A stretch of DNA of 64,000 nt from Anaerolineae bacterium (GTDB lineage Bacteria; Chloroflexota; Anaerolineae; S140-20): contig DAOTXN010000052.1 of the NCBI GenBank assembly GCA_034435435.1, positions 42,927 to 106,926 of the forward strand, in the 5' to 3' direction. Below are positions 52,449-62,245 of this stretch, in pieces. The position numbers were made by a program, and so were the translations under genes. Position 1 is the stretch's first letter; each line of letters starts with the position of its first letter. The notes below the pieces were generated by a model. It had not been told where the DNA came from and did not search any database. It saw nothing but the letters and a program-made list of their open reading frames with translations.

Positions 52449-52840
52449 GCCTGGGCGACGAATTGCGCTATCTGCGAGCTCAAGCTGGCGGCCCCACACC
52501 TCTGGACATCGCCGAGGCCGTGGGCATAGACGCCGGACTTTATCGCCAGCTCGAACAGCGTTATCGCGAGTTGGGCGACGACGAAACCATTAACAAGCTG
52601 GCCGCCTATTTTGGCTGTGACCCCGAAATGCTCAAACAAGCCCGGCCGCGCTCGCGCAAGGCCCTCAGCCAGTTTCTCGCGCAGGCGACAAAGCAAGACC
52701 GACCAGTGCAGCTTCACGTGCGCACCGGCGAAAGCTTGAACGGGCGAGTGATCTGGTGGGACTTGGGCGCGTTGGGTCTGCAACCGCAAGATGGCGGGCC
52801 TATCATCGTCGTGCAAAGACACGCTGTAGTAGGCTGGTAG
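52445..52840 (+). CDS. Short HTH-like / Hfq-like (Sm-fold) fusion protein, paralogous in architecture to the upstream gene
   Basis: N-terminus: LRYLRAQAGGPTPLDIAEAVGIDAGLYRQLE. C-terminus SQFLAQATKQDRPVQLHVRTGESLNGRVIWWDLGALGLQ...IIVVQRHAVV aligns with E. coli Hfq [36 protein letters not shown]...MVYKHAIS. GTGA overlap with the upstream stop. Confidence 0.6.
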   Translation: MSLGDELRYLRAQAGGPTPLDIAEAVGIDAGLYRQLEQRYRELGDDETINKLAAYFGCDPEMLKQARPRSRKALSQFLAQATKQDRPVQLHVRTGESLNGRVIWWDLGALGLQPQDGGPIIVVQRHAVVGW

Positions 52841-52852
52841 AAAGGACAAACC

Positions 52853-54199
52853 GTGCTAGGAGAACAAAAAATAAAACAGCTACTCGACAGCATCCTTCAA
52901 CGCTCTGATGCTGATCAGACCGAAGTGCTGGTGATGGGGCAGGATGAACAATTGACCCGTTTTGCCAACAATATCATCCACCAAAACGTCGCCGAGACCA
53001 ACACTATCCTTACCGTGCGCGTGGCATTCGGCCAGCGGGTGGGAATGGCTACCACCAATGATTTGAGCGCCGCCGGGCTAGACCGTGCGGTCGAGACGGC
53101 TACGACTGTGGCGAAACTTCAACCCGAGAACCCCAACTTTGCCGGATTTCCAGAGCCGCGGGCGTTGCGCTTGGTACAGGCATTCGACGCCGCCACCGCC
53201 GCCTATAGCCCTCAAGACCGCGCTGAGCAAGTAGGGAGCGTGTGCCGCCGCGCTGCCGAAAAGAAACTGACCGCCTCGGGCGCGTTCACCACGACGACTC
53301 AAGAGTTGGCCGTCGCCAACTCGCACGGGGTATCGGCCTATTTTCCATCCACCGGGGCTGACCTGGTTACGGTCGTGATGAGCGACGACAGCGCCGGGTA
53401 CGCTGCCGAAAAATCCTGGCGCGTCGCTCAGGTCAATGTGCCGGCCCTGGGCGACGAAGCCATTGCCAAGGCTCTGCAAAGCCGCCATCCCCGCGATTTC
53501 GAGCCGGGTGCTTACACCGTCGTGCTGGAACCCTACGCCACCCAAGACCTGGTCGCCATGCTGGCCTACACCGGCATGGGCGCGTTGGCAGTTCAAGAGG
53601 GGCGCAGTTGGATGAATGACCGCATCGGTCAACAGATTATGGCCCCCTCGGTCTCTATTTGGGACGACGGTCTCGACCTCGGCGGCGCACCGCTGCCTTT
53701 TGATTTTGAGGGCACACCCAAACAGCGGGTGGACATGGTGAAGAAAGGCATCCCCCTGGAGGTCGTTTACGATACGGCGACCGCCCGAAAACAAGACGGC
53801 CAAGAAAGCACCGGTCACGCCCTGCCCCCGGCGCTGGCGACCACCTATGGTCCCATGCCAACCAACCTTTTTATGGCCGCCGGCGACGCCACGCTCGACG
53901 AGATGATCGCCAGCACCGAACACGGCTTGCTCATCACCCGCTTCAATTACACCCGTCCGGTGCACCCGCGCGACGCTGTCATCACCGGCCTCACGCGCGA
54001 TGGCACTTTTTTGATCGAAAACGGCGCCATTGCCTACCCGGTGAAAAACCTGCGCTACACCCAGAGCTACGTGGCAGCCCTGGCGCAGGTCGAGATGATC
54101 GGCAAGGAACTCAAAACATTGGAGAGCTACATCGGCGCCCAGCGCGTGCCGGCGGTCAAAATCCGCGAGTTTAACTTTACGGGCAAGACCCAATTTTAG
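52853..54199 (+). CDS. pmbA: TldD/PmbA-family protein (PmbA/TldE-like partner subunit)
   Basis: Family-typical length and blocks (FANN.IHQN, GLLITRFNYT, FLIENGAIAYPVKNLR). It lacks the HExxxH of TldD. Confidence 0.8.
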   Translation: MLGEQKIKQLLDSILQRSDADQTEVLVMGQDEQLTRFANNIIHQNVAETNTILTVRVAFGQRVGMATTNDLSAAGLDRAVETATTVAKLQPENPNFAGFPEPRALRLVQAFDAATAAYSPQDRAEQVGSVCRRAAEKKLTASGAFTTTTQELAVANSHGVSAYFPSTGADLVTVVMSDDSAGYAAEKSWRVAQVNVPALGDEAIAKALQSRHPRDFEPGAYTVVLEPYATQDLVAMLAYTGMGALAVQEGRSWMNDRIGQQIMAPSVSIWDDGLDLGGAPLPFDFEGTPKQRVDMVKKGIPLEVVYDTATARKQDGQESTGHALPPALATTYGPMPTNLFMAAGDATLDEMIASTEHGLLITRFNYTRPVHPRDAVITGLTRDGTFLIENGAIAYPVKNLRYTQSYVAALAQVEMIGKELKTLESYIGAQRVPAVKIREFNFTGKTQF

Positions 54200-54202
54200 C
54201 CT

Positions 54203-54255
54203 ACCACCAAGGCGCCAAGACGCCAAGACACTAAACAACTTTGTGTCTTGGTGGT
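54203..54255 (+). other. Stem-loop after pmbA whose 5' arm contains a tandem duplication
   Basis: accaccaag[gcgccaagac gccaagacac]taaacaactttgtgtcttggtggt. ccaagacac pairs with gtgtcttgg, and accac with gtggt. There is no T-run. Confidence 0.4.
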
Positions 54256-54273
54256 GAAAAAAAGGAAGTGACG

Positions 54274-55482
54274 ATGGCAAATTTCGAGCTGATGAAAAAA
54301 CTGACCCAAAAATCTGACAAGCGTATCGTGTTGCTGGTGATGGACGGTCTGGGCGGCCTGCCCCGCCTCGAAGACGGCAAAACCGAGCTAGAGGCCGCCC
54401 ACACGCCGAACCTGGACCGGCTGGCCCGCAAGGGCATCACCGGCCTCAGCGCGCCCATCGGGCCGGGCATTACTCCCGGCAGCGGCCCGGCCCACCTGGC
54501 CCTGTTTGGCTACGATCCACTCAAATACGACATCGGTCGAGGCGTGTTAGAGGCATTGGGCATCGGCTTTGAGCTAGGCCCCACCGACGTGGCTATCCGG
54601 GGCAACTTTTGCACGGTGGACCAAAACGGCTTTATCACCGACCGCCGCGCCGGGCGCATCCCCACCGAAAAATGCGTCGAGCTATGCGCTATGCTCAACC
54701 AGATCGAGATCGAGGGCGCCGAAACTTTCGTGCGCCCGGTCAAAGAATATCGCTTTGCGCTGGTGTTGCGCAGCCTGGGCCTCTCGCCGCGCATTCCCGA
54801 TACTGACCCTCAGCAAGTCGGCCTGCGTCCCCTGCCCGCGCTGGCCGAAGCGCCCGAAGCCCAACGCACCGCCGACTTGGTAAACCAGTGGATCGCCAAG
54901 GCCAAAGCGGCCCTGGCCGGCCAGTACCCGGCCAACATGGTCACGCTGCGCGGCTTTTCGCAGGACCCGGCTCTGCCTAAATTCCAGGAGGTGTACAAGC
55001 TCAACCCGGCCGCGGTAGCCGTGTATCCGATGTACCGGGGCGTGGCCCGGCTGGTGGGGATGGACGTGATCCCGGTCGATCACCCCATCAGCAACGAGTT
55101 CCAGACCGTGGCTGAGCACTGGCGCAGCTATGATTTTTTCTTCGTGCACGTCAAATACACCGACAGCCGGGGTGAAGACGGCGACTTTGAAGCCAAAAAA
55201 GCCGTCATCGAAGAAGTGGACGCCGCGCTGCCCATTTTGCTGGACCTCCAGCCCGAGGTGCTCATCGTCACCGGCGACCACTCAACGCCCAGCCAGCTCA
55301 AGAGCCACAGTTGGCACCCCGTCCCAACGCTGATTTTTGCGCCGGAGGCCGCCCGCTCCGACGGAGCGATGGCTTTCGGCGAGACCGAGTGTAGCCGGGG
55401 CGGGCTGGGCACGTTCCCGGCCACCGACCTGCTGCCTCTGGCCCTGGCCCACGCGGGACGCCTGGCTAAATACGGCGCATAA
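54274..55482 (+). CDS. apgM: Cofactor-independent phosphoglycerate mutase, archaeal-type (ApgM family)
   Basis: [17 protein letters not shown] and TGDHSTP motifs. The ATG follows AAGGAAG. Confidence 0.8.
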   Translation: MANFELMKKLTQKSDKRIVLLVMDGLGGLPRLEDGKTELEAAHTPNLDRLARKGITGLSAPIGPGITPGSGPAHLALFGYDPLKYDIGRGVLEALGIGFELGPTDVAIRGNFCTVDQNGFITDRRAGRIPTEKCVELCAMLNQIEIEGAETFVRPVKEYRFALVLRSLGLSPRIPDTDPQQVGLRPLPALAEAPEAQRTADLVNQWIAKAKAALAGQYPANMVTLRGFSQDPALPKFQEVYKLNPAAVAVYPMYRGVARLVGMDVIPVDHPISNEFQTVAEHWRSYDFFFVHVKYTDSRGEDGDFEAKKAVIEEVDAALPILLDLQPEVLIVTGDHSTPSQLKSHSWHPVPTLIFAPEAARSDGAMAFGETECSRGGLGTFPATDLLPLALAHAGRLAKYGA

Positions 55483-55489
55483 CGCGGGC

Positions 55490-57262
55490 GTGAGCGAATT
55501 CGCCATCCCCCAGACCTGGCACCCCGACCGACGCGGAGCGACGCGCTGGGTCGTCTCGCACGTCGCCCGGCACAAGCTATTCATCGCCGGCCTGTTGATC
55601 GGCGCTCTGGGCAACGCGCTGCTCGCCGCCGCCGTGCCGGTGCTCACCGGGCGCGCCTTTGACGCCGTCGCGCATACGCCGCCCAACCTGCGCGGGCTTG
55701 GCGCTGCCGCCGGGTTGATCGTCGCGTCGCAAGTGGTGCGCGGCGCGCTGCAACTAGCGCGTAACTTTTCCAGCGAAATCATCGGCCAGCGCCTGGAGCG
55801 CGACATCCGCGCCGAGCTGTACGTTCAATTACTGGGCAAAAGTATGTCGTTCCACGATATGCAGCCCGCCGGCGACGTGATGGCCCGCGCCACCAACGAC
55901 GTGCGCGAGATCAACTTGATGATGAATCCCGGCGCCAACCTGGTCATCGGCTCGGCCAACTTTTTGTTCATGCCCATCCTGGTCGCGCCGGGCATTCATC
56001 CCCACCTGATCCTGGCCCCGGCGTCCTACCTGCTGGTCTATTTTATCGCCGTGCGCAGCTACTTGCGCCAACTGCAACCCGCCACCGAGCGCGTGCGGCG
56101 CACATTCGGCCAGATGAACACGACGCTGGCCGAAGCCATTGACGGCATCGAAACGGTCAAAGGAGCGGCCCAAGAGGAACAGGAGATCACGCGCTTTATT
56201 GACCGCGTCACCCGCTGGCGCGACGCCTACGTGACCCAGGGTGACATCGAAGCCCGTTTTATCCCCCTGTTGCTGATGGGGTTGGTCCAGGCCGCCGGCC
56301 TGCTCCACAGTCTGCTCTTGTTTCGCGCCGGGGCCATCAGCGTAGGCGACGTGGTCTCGTTCAACGGCCTGCTGCTGCTGTTTGGATTTCCGACCTTTAC
56401 CGCCCAATTCGCCTACTCGCAAATGGCCTCCGGCCTGTCCAGCGCCCGCCGCGTGCTAGAGCTGATCAACGCCCAGACGGACTTGGACCAGAACCTTGGC
56501 GGCTACGACGCCCCCATACAAGGTCAAGTGGTCTTTGAAAACGTGAGTTTCGACTACCAGGCCGGTTCCATTCCGTGCGACGACGGCCTGGCGGCGCTGA
56601 CAGACGTCAGCTTTGGCGTGAAGCCCGGTCAGACAGTGGCCATCGTCGGCCAGACCGGTACAGGCAAAAGCACGATTGCCAAGCTCATCAACCGCACGTA
56701 TGACGTGGACTGCGGACACGTGCTGATTGACGGCGTGGACGTGCGCGATTGGAATTTGGAGGCGCTGCGGCGGCAGATCTCGATCATCGAGCAAGACATC
56801 TTTTTATTTTCGCGCACGGTGGCCGAAAACATCGCCTTTGGCTGCCCCGGCGCGACCCGCGAACAGATCGAGGCCGCCGCCCGCGCGGCCCAGGCCCACG
56901 AATTCATCGCTGGCTTTCAAGACGGTTACAACACCGTCATCGGCGAACGCGGCGTGACGCTTTCGGGCGGCCAACGGCAGCGCTTGGCGCTGGCCCGCGC
57001 CTTCCTCACAGATCCGCGCATCCTCATCCTGGACGACTCGACCAGCGCCATTGACAGCGCCACCGAAGACCACATCCAACGAGCCATCGAACACGCCGCC
57101 GCGAACCGCACCACCTTTCTGATCACCCACCGCCTGTCGCAGATTCGGTGGGCCGACCTGATCATCGTGATGCGCCAGGGACGGGTGGCAGCCATCGGGA
57201 CGCACGACGACTTGATGCGCGAATCGCAGGCGTATCGGAACATCTTTGAAAGGTATCGGTAG
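55490..57262 (+). CDS. ABC exporter, fused permease/ATPase half-transporter (subunit 1 of a heterodimer)
   Basis: Six-TM domain, then Walker [10 protein letters not shown], signature [14 protein letters not shown] and Walker [13 protein letters not shown]. The GTG at 55490 is chosen because upstream ORF sequence overlaps apgM. Confidence 0.85.
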   Translation: MSEFAIPQTWHPDRRGATRWVVSHVARHKLFIAGLLIGALGNALLAAAVPVLTGRAFDAVAHTPPNLRGLGAAAGLIVASQVVRGALQLARNFSSEIIGQRLERDIRAELYVQLLGKSMSFHDMQPAGDVMARATNDVREINLMMNPGANLVIGSANFLFMPILVAPGIHPHLILAPASYLLVYFIAVRSYLRQLQPATERVRRTFGQMNTTLAEAIDGIETVKGAAQEEQEITRFIDRVTRWRDAYVTQGDIEARFIPLLLMGLVQAAGLLHSLLLFRAGAISVGDVVSFNGLLLLFGFPTFTAQFAYSQMASGLSSARRVLELINAQTDLDQNLGGYDAPIQGQVVFENVSFDYQAGSIPCDDGLAALTDVSFGVKPGQTVAIVGQTGTGKSTIAKLINRTYDVDCGHVLIDGVDVRDWNLEALRRQISIIEQDIFLFSRTVAENIAFGCPGATREQIEAAARAAQAHEFIAGFQDGYNTVIGERGVTLSGGQRQRLALARAFLTDPRILILDDSTSAIDSATEDHIQRAIEHAAANRTTFLITHRLSQIRWADLIIVMRQGRVAAIGTHDDLMRESQAYRNIFERYR

Positions 57263-57304
57263 ACGGTAGACAAGATACAGGGAGAGGCCCTGTCTACCGT
57301 CTAC
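57259..57304 (+). other. Perfect 14-bp stem-loop spanning the stop codon of the first ABC gene
   Basis: gtagacggtagaca (57259-57272) pairs with tgtctaccgtctac (57291-57304). There is an inner caggg/ccctg stem. The next start codon is 13 nt downstream. Confidence 0.6.
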
Positions 57305-57317
57305 TCTGGAGAATCTT

Positions 57318-59126
57318 ATGTCGTTGTTCTATGGCCTCAACACAGAGGCTTATGACCGAGAATACACCGACCGCGAGCTGGTTTATCGCGTGCTGGGCTA
57401 TTTCGCGCCGCACCGCCGACATGTGATCATCGTCGGCTTGCTTATCACCGGTATCGCCATCATCGGCGCGGCGCAGCCTTTTGTCGTGGCGTGGGGACTC
57501 GACCGCTTGATTGCGTCGCCCTCACTGGGCGTGCTGTGGGGGTTGGTAGCCGTGGTGTTGACCATTGGCGTCTTGAACTGGGCCGGCAACTGGCTGCGCC
57601 GCCGCCTCACCGCGCGCATCATCGGCGACGTGGTGCTGGCGCTGCGCCGGGACGCCTTTCAAGCCTCAATGCGCCACGATATGTCCTTTTTTGACCAGTT
57701 TCGCTCCGGGCGCATTATCAGCCGCATCACCTCCGACACTCAGGAATTTTCCCAGGTGGCGCTGCTGGTCACAGACTTGCTAGGACAACTGATGTTAGTC
57801 GCCATTATGATCGTGGCGTTGTTCGCAGTCTCGTGGCAACTGACGCTCATGCTGCTGGCGCTGTCGCCGGTGGTGATCCTGCTGGCGACGGCTTTTCGGC
57901 GCGTCGCCCGCTACGTCACGCGCCGGGGCTTTCGCGCCATCGCCGAGGTCAACAGCGCCATTCAAGAAGCCGTCACCGGCATCGCCGTGGCCAAGAACTT
58001 TCGCCAGGAGCGCGCCATCTATGACGCTTTTGCCGACGTGAACGCGCAATCCTATCGCATCAACCTGTTGCGCGGCTTTGTCCTGTCGAACATCTTTCCG
58101 ACGCTCAATGTGCTGTCCGGGATCGGCACGGCGGCGCTGGTGTATTGGGGCGGGCTGACGGCCTCGACGGGAGGCATCTCGGTCGGCAGTTGGTACCTGT
58201 TTATCATGAGCGTGGACCGTTTCTGGTTCCCGCTGATCAACGTGGCGGCTTTTTGGAGCCAGTTCCAGGCCGGTCTGGCGGCCGCCGAGCGCATTTTCGC
58301 GCTCACCGACGCCGAGCCGACTGTGCGGCAAACCGATCAACGCCCGGTCCCGCCGCTGCGCGGGGACATCCGTTTCGAGCAGGTGCGCTTTCGCTACGGC
58401 GAGCAGGAACAGGTGTTGAACGATTTTAGACTGCACATCGCGCCCGGCGAGAGCGTGGCGCTGGTGGGGCACACCGGCGCCGGCAAGAGCAGTATCGCCA
58501 AGCTCATCGCCCGCTTTTACGAGTTTCAAGGGGGAATCATCACCATCGACGGCCGGGACTTGCGCACGCTCGATCTGCACGCCTATCGCCGGCAACTGGG
58601 TATCGTGTCGCAGAACCCTTTCCTCTTTTCCGGCACGGTGGCCGATAATATCCGCTACGGCGCCCCCCACCTGAGCGACGCCCAGATCGAGCAGGTGGCC
58701 CGGCGCATCGGCGGAGGCGAATGGCTGGAGACGCTCCCCGACGGCCTGCGTACAGACGCCGGCGAGCGAGGGACGCACCTGTCGATGGGGCAGCGGCAAC
58801 TGGTGGCGCTCACGCGCGTGCTGGCCCAGTCGCCCGCCATCTTTATCCTGGATGAAGCCACCGCCAGCATCGACCCCTTTACCGAGTCGCAGATTCAAGA
58901 AGCGATGGACCTGATCCTGGCGCACAGTACCTCGATTCTGATCGCCCACCGGCTCTCCACCGTGCGGGCCGTGGATCGCATCGTCGTGCTGGACCACGGG
59001 ACGATCATCGAGCAGGGCAACCACGCGGCGCTGATGGCCCGCGGCGGGCATTACGCCGAACTGTACGACACCTACTTTCGGCACCAGTCGCCGGATTTCC
59101 GATATGCGGAACGTCTTCGAGAGTAA
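57318..59126 (+). CDS. ABC exporter, fused permease/ATPase half-transporter (subunit 2)
   Basis: Walker A GHTGAGKSS, signature LSMGQRQLVALTRV, Walker B IFILDEATASID. Confidence 0.9.
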   Translation: MSLFYGLNTEAYDREYTDRELVYRVLGYFAPHRRHVIIVGLLITGIAIIGAAQPFVVAWGLDRLIASPSLGVLWGLVAVVLTIGVLNWAGNWLRRRLTARIIGDVVLALRRDAFQASMRHDMSFFDQFRSGRIISRITSDTQEFSQVALLVTDLLGQLMLVAIMIVALFAVSWQLTLMLLALSPVVILLATAFRRVARYVTRRGFRAIAEVNSAIQEAVTGIAVAKNFRQERAIYDAFADVNAQSYRINLLRGFVLSNIFPTLNVLSGIGTAALVYWGGLTASTGGISVGSWYLFIMSVDRFWFPLINVAAFWSQFQAGLAAAERIFALTDAEPTVRQTDQRPVPPLRGDIRFEQVRFRYGEQEQVLNDFRLHIAPGESVALVGHTGAGKSSIAKLIARFYEFQGGIITIDGRDLRTLDLHAYRRQLGIVSQNPFLFSGTVADNIRYGAPHLSDAQIEQVARRIGGGEWLETLPDGLRTDAGERGTHLSMGQRQLVALTRVLAQSPAIFILDEATASIDPFTESQIQEAMDLILAHSTSILIAHRLSTVRAVDRIVVLDHGTIIEQGNHAALMARGGHYAELYDTYFRHQSPDFRYAERLRE

Positions 59127-59297
59127 AGCCGCACAACTCAATCATCCGTAAGTGTAAACGACCATCTGTACTCCAGGACTTGCCCCGATGTCTTGCGCAC
59201 TTTTAAATGCGCCGTGTGTTTGCCGACACCCAGGTCACGATTCCAAAGACATGGGTGTGTTTCATTAAAGCGCAGCGGAGGCGCGTCAGCGCCGCCG

Positions 59298-59370
59298 CGC
59301 TAACACCAGTTTAAGCCGCAAAAATTGCCGTTTGCGGCGATTTTTGCCGGACTCTAAACATCTGTTATGT
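59298..59370. repeat. attC-like imperfect palindrome A, 6 nt downstream of the DUF1801 gene stop
   Basis: Read in the minus (gene) orientation: ACATAAC-agatgTTTAg...[13-bp hairpin GGCAAAAATCGCCG/CGGCAATTTTTGC with one mismatch]...cTTAAActggtGTTAGCG. The outer AACA/TGTT and inner GTTTA/TAAAC segments pair around an unpaired spacer. Confidence 0.4.
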
Positions 59371-59376
59371 TCATTC

Positions 59377-59754
59377 TCACTGCTTTTTATTAACCTCTGC
59401 CCATCTATATTTAACCATCCTGATAATCAATTCTTTGGGTAGTGGCTTATTAACCGGAAATTGGACTGAACCTTTTGCTGTTTTAAAGTCTTTTAACTCA
59501 TCCGCGAATCTTTCAATAGTGCTTGGGTGAGGGTAAAAACCAACATGTGTTTTATATCCGGCGATCATAATTTGTTGGTCTCGTTTACCACCTTCAATCA
59601 GTGAAAACGCCGGGATTTGATAATTTATCATTTCTTTAGCTTCTGGAGCGGCTATTTTGATATATGAACGTATTTCTTGAAGCGCACGTTGCACTGCTTC
59701 AGGTTGCTTTATGATATAGTTATCAATTTCATTTTGAGTTTCTTTGTTTTTCAT
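59377..59754 (-). CDS. DUF1801 (YdhG-like) domain protein, strongly AT-rich gene
   Basis: IDNYIIKQPEAVQRALQEIRSYIKIAAPEAKEMINYQIPAF...KGSVQFPVNKPLP is the typical DUF1801 layout. Its GC content is visibly far below the surrounding DNA. Confidence 0.75.
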   Translation of the reverse strand: MKNKETQNEIDNYIIKQPEAVQRALQEIRSYIKIAAPEAKEMINYQIPAFSLIEGGKRDQQIMIAGYKTHVGFYPHPSTIERFADELKDFKTAKGSVQFPVNKPLPKELIIRMVKYRWAEVNKKQ

Positions 59755-59847
59755 TTTTCTTCTCCTTACAACCGCATGATAGCCGCGTCAGGTGCAGCCG
59801 CAGGTTGGGCATTTCCGCTCCTTGCTGCCTGCTTCTGGATACCCTGC

Positions 59848-60195
59848 CTACCCGCTCAACAAAACGCCAAGCTTTTGCAACACCTCGTTCACCGTCCGCA
59901 CAGGCAACCGGCAGATCTTTTCCGCTTCGCGAACCCGCCAGTCCAGACTCTTGACCTGATCCGCCAGGATCGCCCCTCGGACTTCCAGCCCGTCAGGTAT
60001 CAACACCTCGAACGGATAACCCTTCACCTGGCTCGTCACCGGGCACAGTATCGCTAACCCTACCTTCCCATTGTACGCCGCCGGCGACAACACCACCGCC
60101 GGTCGGCGCTCTGCCTGCTCATGCCCTGCCTGCGGATTCAGTGTGATCCACACCACCTCCCCGCGTTCGGGAACGTACCCCGCTCCGCCTACCAT
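59848..60195 (-). CDS. mazF: MazF/PemK-family endoribonuclease toxin
   Basis: YVPERGEVVWITLNPQAGHEQAERRPAVVLS...LCPVTSQVKGYPFEV matches the family consensus. Confidence 0.85.
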   Translation of the reverse strand: MVGGAGYVPERGEVVWITLNPQAGHEQAERRPAVVLSPAAYNGKVGLAILCPVTSQVKGYPFEVLIPDGLEVRGAILADQVKSLDWRVREAEKICRLPVRTVNEVLQKLGVLLSG

Positions 60196-60431
60196 GCTTC
60201 ACTCCCTACCGCCGGACCCGTATCGACTTCGCTGTGCAGGTTCGCTTCGTTCACCTGCGCCAACAGCTGCGCCAGAGTCAGTCGCGGCTCAGCAATGGGC
60301 GTGATGACCAGCTTCCCATCTACCAGGGCGATTTCGACCGATGAATTGGGTTCAATCCCGACTTCTGTGGCGAACGGCTTGGGGATACGCAGGGCCAGGC
60401 TATGCCCCCACTTCTGCACTCGGGTTTCCAT
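60189..60431 (-). CDS. mazE: AbrB/MazE/SpoVT-family antitoxin
   Basis: METRVQKWGHSLALRIPKPFATEVGI is a swapped-hairpin (SpoVT/AbrB) N-terminus. It overlaps the mazF start by 7 nt. SD GGAGGAGG. Confidence 0.8.
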   Translation of the reverse strand: METRVQKWGHSLALRIPKPFATEVGIEPNSSVEIALVDGKLVITPIAEPRLTLAQLLAQVNEANLHSEVDTGPAVGSEAW

Positions 60432-60462
60432 GGTCAACACCTCCTCCGTAGTGTCTACAAAG

Positions 60463-60491
60463 AAGATACATCAGTTTCAACTTCTTGTCAA
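60463..60491 (-). promoter_or_regulatory. Candidate mazEF promoter (TTGACA-17-TATCTT on the minus strand)
   Basis: -35 TTGACA is the complement of 60486-60491. -10 TATCTT is the complement of 60463-60468. Spacing is 17 nt. Confidence 0.45.
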
Positions 60492-60755
60492 GAGCGTTCG
60501 ATGTCAGCCTTCAATGCCTTCTTCAGTTTCTCAAAGGGTTTATCCGCGCCCAGGAAATAGGCGTGGGTGACAAAGAATGCTTCGCCTCTTTTTCAACAAA
60601 TCGCCCATCGAAAGGTCGGGGTTGATTTTGACTTTCACCACTTGTAAATCGTCCGCTTTGGACGGAACAGAGTGAGCGGAAGCGTCGAAGGATGTGGCGG
60701 CGACCACCAGCAAATCGGCGAAGCGTTGGGCGACCTGCGCCGCGCAAACACTCAT
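60489..60755 (-). pseudogene. Small ORF translationally coupled to the upstream DUF1801 gene; apparently frameshifted at an A5 run
   Basis: The ATGA overlaps the DUF1801 stop. Frame 1 ends ...NPDLSMGDLLKKRRSILCHPRLFPGRG. An alternative frame continues with the protein-like GEAFFVTHAYFLGADKPFEKLKKALKADIERS. Family not recognised. Confidence 0.3.
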
Positions 60756-61177
60756 TTCCAACCGCGCGCGCGCCTTGCCTGCTGGATCCACTTCCGTATC
60801 AAGGGCTCCTGCGCCTCCTCAAGCGTCTTCAGCTTCACGTAGCGGCTCCTTCCAACGGTTCCAAGCGGGGGTGGAGGATCAAAGTCCGCCCCGCCGAAGA
60901 ACACGATGTTCACGGAGACGTCGTAGGCGACCATCTCGATGATCCACCCCTGGTCCGGCAATCCGTAGTACGCCTTCTTCCACTTGACGGCGTATTGAAG
61001 CCCAGGAATCGTCTCGCAGATCAATTCGTCCAGTCGCTCGACGATGGGATGCAGATCCGGCATCACACGCCGAATCCAATCGTCGATGTCCGCGTGGCTG
61101 TCCGTGGCCTCGGGTACCTTCTTGGTGGTGAGTGGCTTGAGTGACTTTGCTTTGCTTTGGCTTTTCTTGGCCTTCAT
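60752..61177 (-). CDS. DUF1801 (YdhG-like) domain protein, second copy, Lys-rich N-terminus
   Basis: IDDWIRRVMPDLHPIVERLDELICETIPGLQYAVKWKKAYYG...RYVKLKTLEE is the DUF1801 layout. Confidence 0.7.
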   Translation of the reverse strand: MKAKKSQSKAKSLKPLTTKKVPEATDSHADIDDWIRRVMPDLHPIVERLDELICETIPGLQYAVKWKKAYYGLPDQGWIIEMVAYDVSVNIVFFGGADFDPPPPLGTVGRSRYVKLKTLEEAQEPLIRKWIQQARRARGWK

Positions 61178-61323
61178 ATCAGTTACCTCTTCTTCCTCAA
61201 TGCCTTCCGAGCCTCGCCGAGTCGGACTTTAATGCCCCCACTGGCGTTCAATGCTGATATTTGCTCAATTCTTTCGGTAATTTATACAAGTCTTGGTCTG
61301 AATCGAACAGTTGTGGATAAGCA

Positions 61324-62190
61324 TCAAAATCGCGGAATTAATACAGGCGTTCTCTTTTTGTAAGATTCATAATCTTCCTGCCCGCCCCATTTTTTATCCG
61401 CTTTTTTCTCAAGTAAAGGAATTCCACTGACGCGAGTAAGAAGCAATGTGACAAAAATGGGAGAAATCAAAGCAACCCATTGCCAGCCTTGCAGAACGGG
61501 TAAAGCGATGACAGCTACGCCGATCCAGAGAACGATTTCGCCAAAGTAATTGGGGTGGCGGGATCGAGACCATAAACCAGTTTGAATAAACTTGCCTTTG
61601 TTGTCTGGATTTGAACTGAAGCGACTTTTTTGGAAGTCGGCTACAACTTCAATGGCAAAGCCAAAAGCCCATACCAGAAAACCGACCAGGGCAAATAAAT
61701 CCAATTCTTTTCTGTTGGCAGTTGTAATGGCGACCAGCGCAGCGGCCATTGTGAACGTGATCCACAAGCCCTGGATCGTCCAAACGTTTAGGAAACGAAC
61801 AAAGGAAGGTTTGATTTCGTCGAACCGATCATCCCTCCCTGCTTTTTTGATGCGACCGAACAAAAAAGTTCCCAAACGGATTGCCCAGATTACTACCAAA
61901 GCCCATAGAAGGATTGATCTGCTATCAGCACCTGTGCTAAAAAAAACTGCAAGTGTGATTATAAAAATATAAGTGATGCTTCCCGTCAGATCAAAGAATT
62001 TTTCGGTCTGTAACAAATATGCGGGGATAAAGGCCAACCACTGGATCAGAAAAGCCAGTCCGACCGACAAAGCAAATAATGGAACTCCAACAATCAAGGT
62101 TCCGCCTTGACTACCCGCCAAAGCAAGCAAGAGACCAATCAATATCAAGATGGGTAATGCAATTAATGTGTTGCGATCTGTTGTTTTCAT
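61324..62190 (-). CDS. DUF1295 / steroid 5-alpha-reductase-like membrane protein
   Basis: Polytopic protein. Contains the family signature GLWSRSRHPNYFGEIVLWIG. Confidence 0.8.
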   Translation of the reverse strand: MKTTDRNTLIALPILILIGLLLALAGSQGGTLIVGVPLFALSVGLAFLIQWLAFIPAYLLQTEKFFDLTGSITYIFIITLAVFFSTGADSRSILLWALVVIWAIRLGTFLFGRIKKAGRDDRFDEIKPSFVRFLNVWTIQGLWITFTMAAALVAITTANRKELDLFALVGFLVWAFGFAIEVVADFQKSRFSSNPDNKGKFIQTGLWSRSRHPNYFGEIVLWIGVAVIALPVLQGWQWVALISPIFVTLLLTRVSGIPLLEKKADKKWGGQEDYESYKKRTPVLIPRF

Positions 62191-62245
62191 GGAATTTTGT
62201 CCCTGTATAAACTTGTGTCGGATGTAGATTAAAACCCGCGTCGTT

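Noticed and set aside
59755-59847. GCCCAAC ... GGTTGTAA between mazF and the DUF1801 gene as a further attC site
   Set aside because: It is only about 45 nt long. Apart from CAACC/GGTTG I could not find complementary inner arms; the segment has three GCGG but no CCGC.
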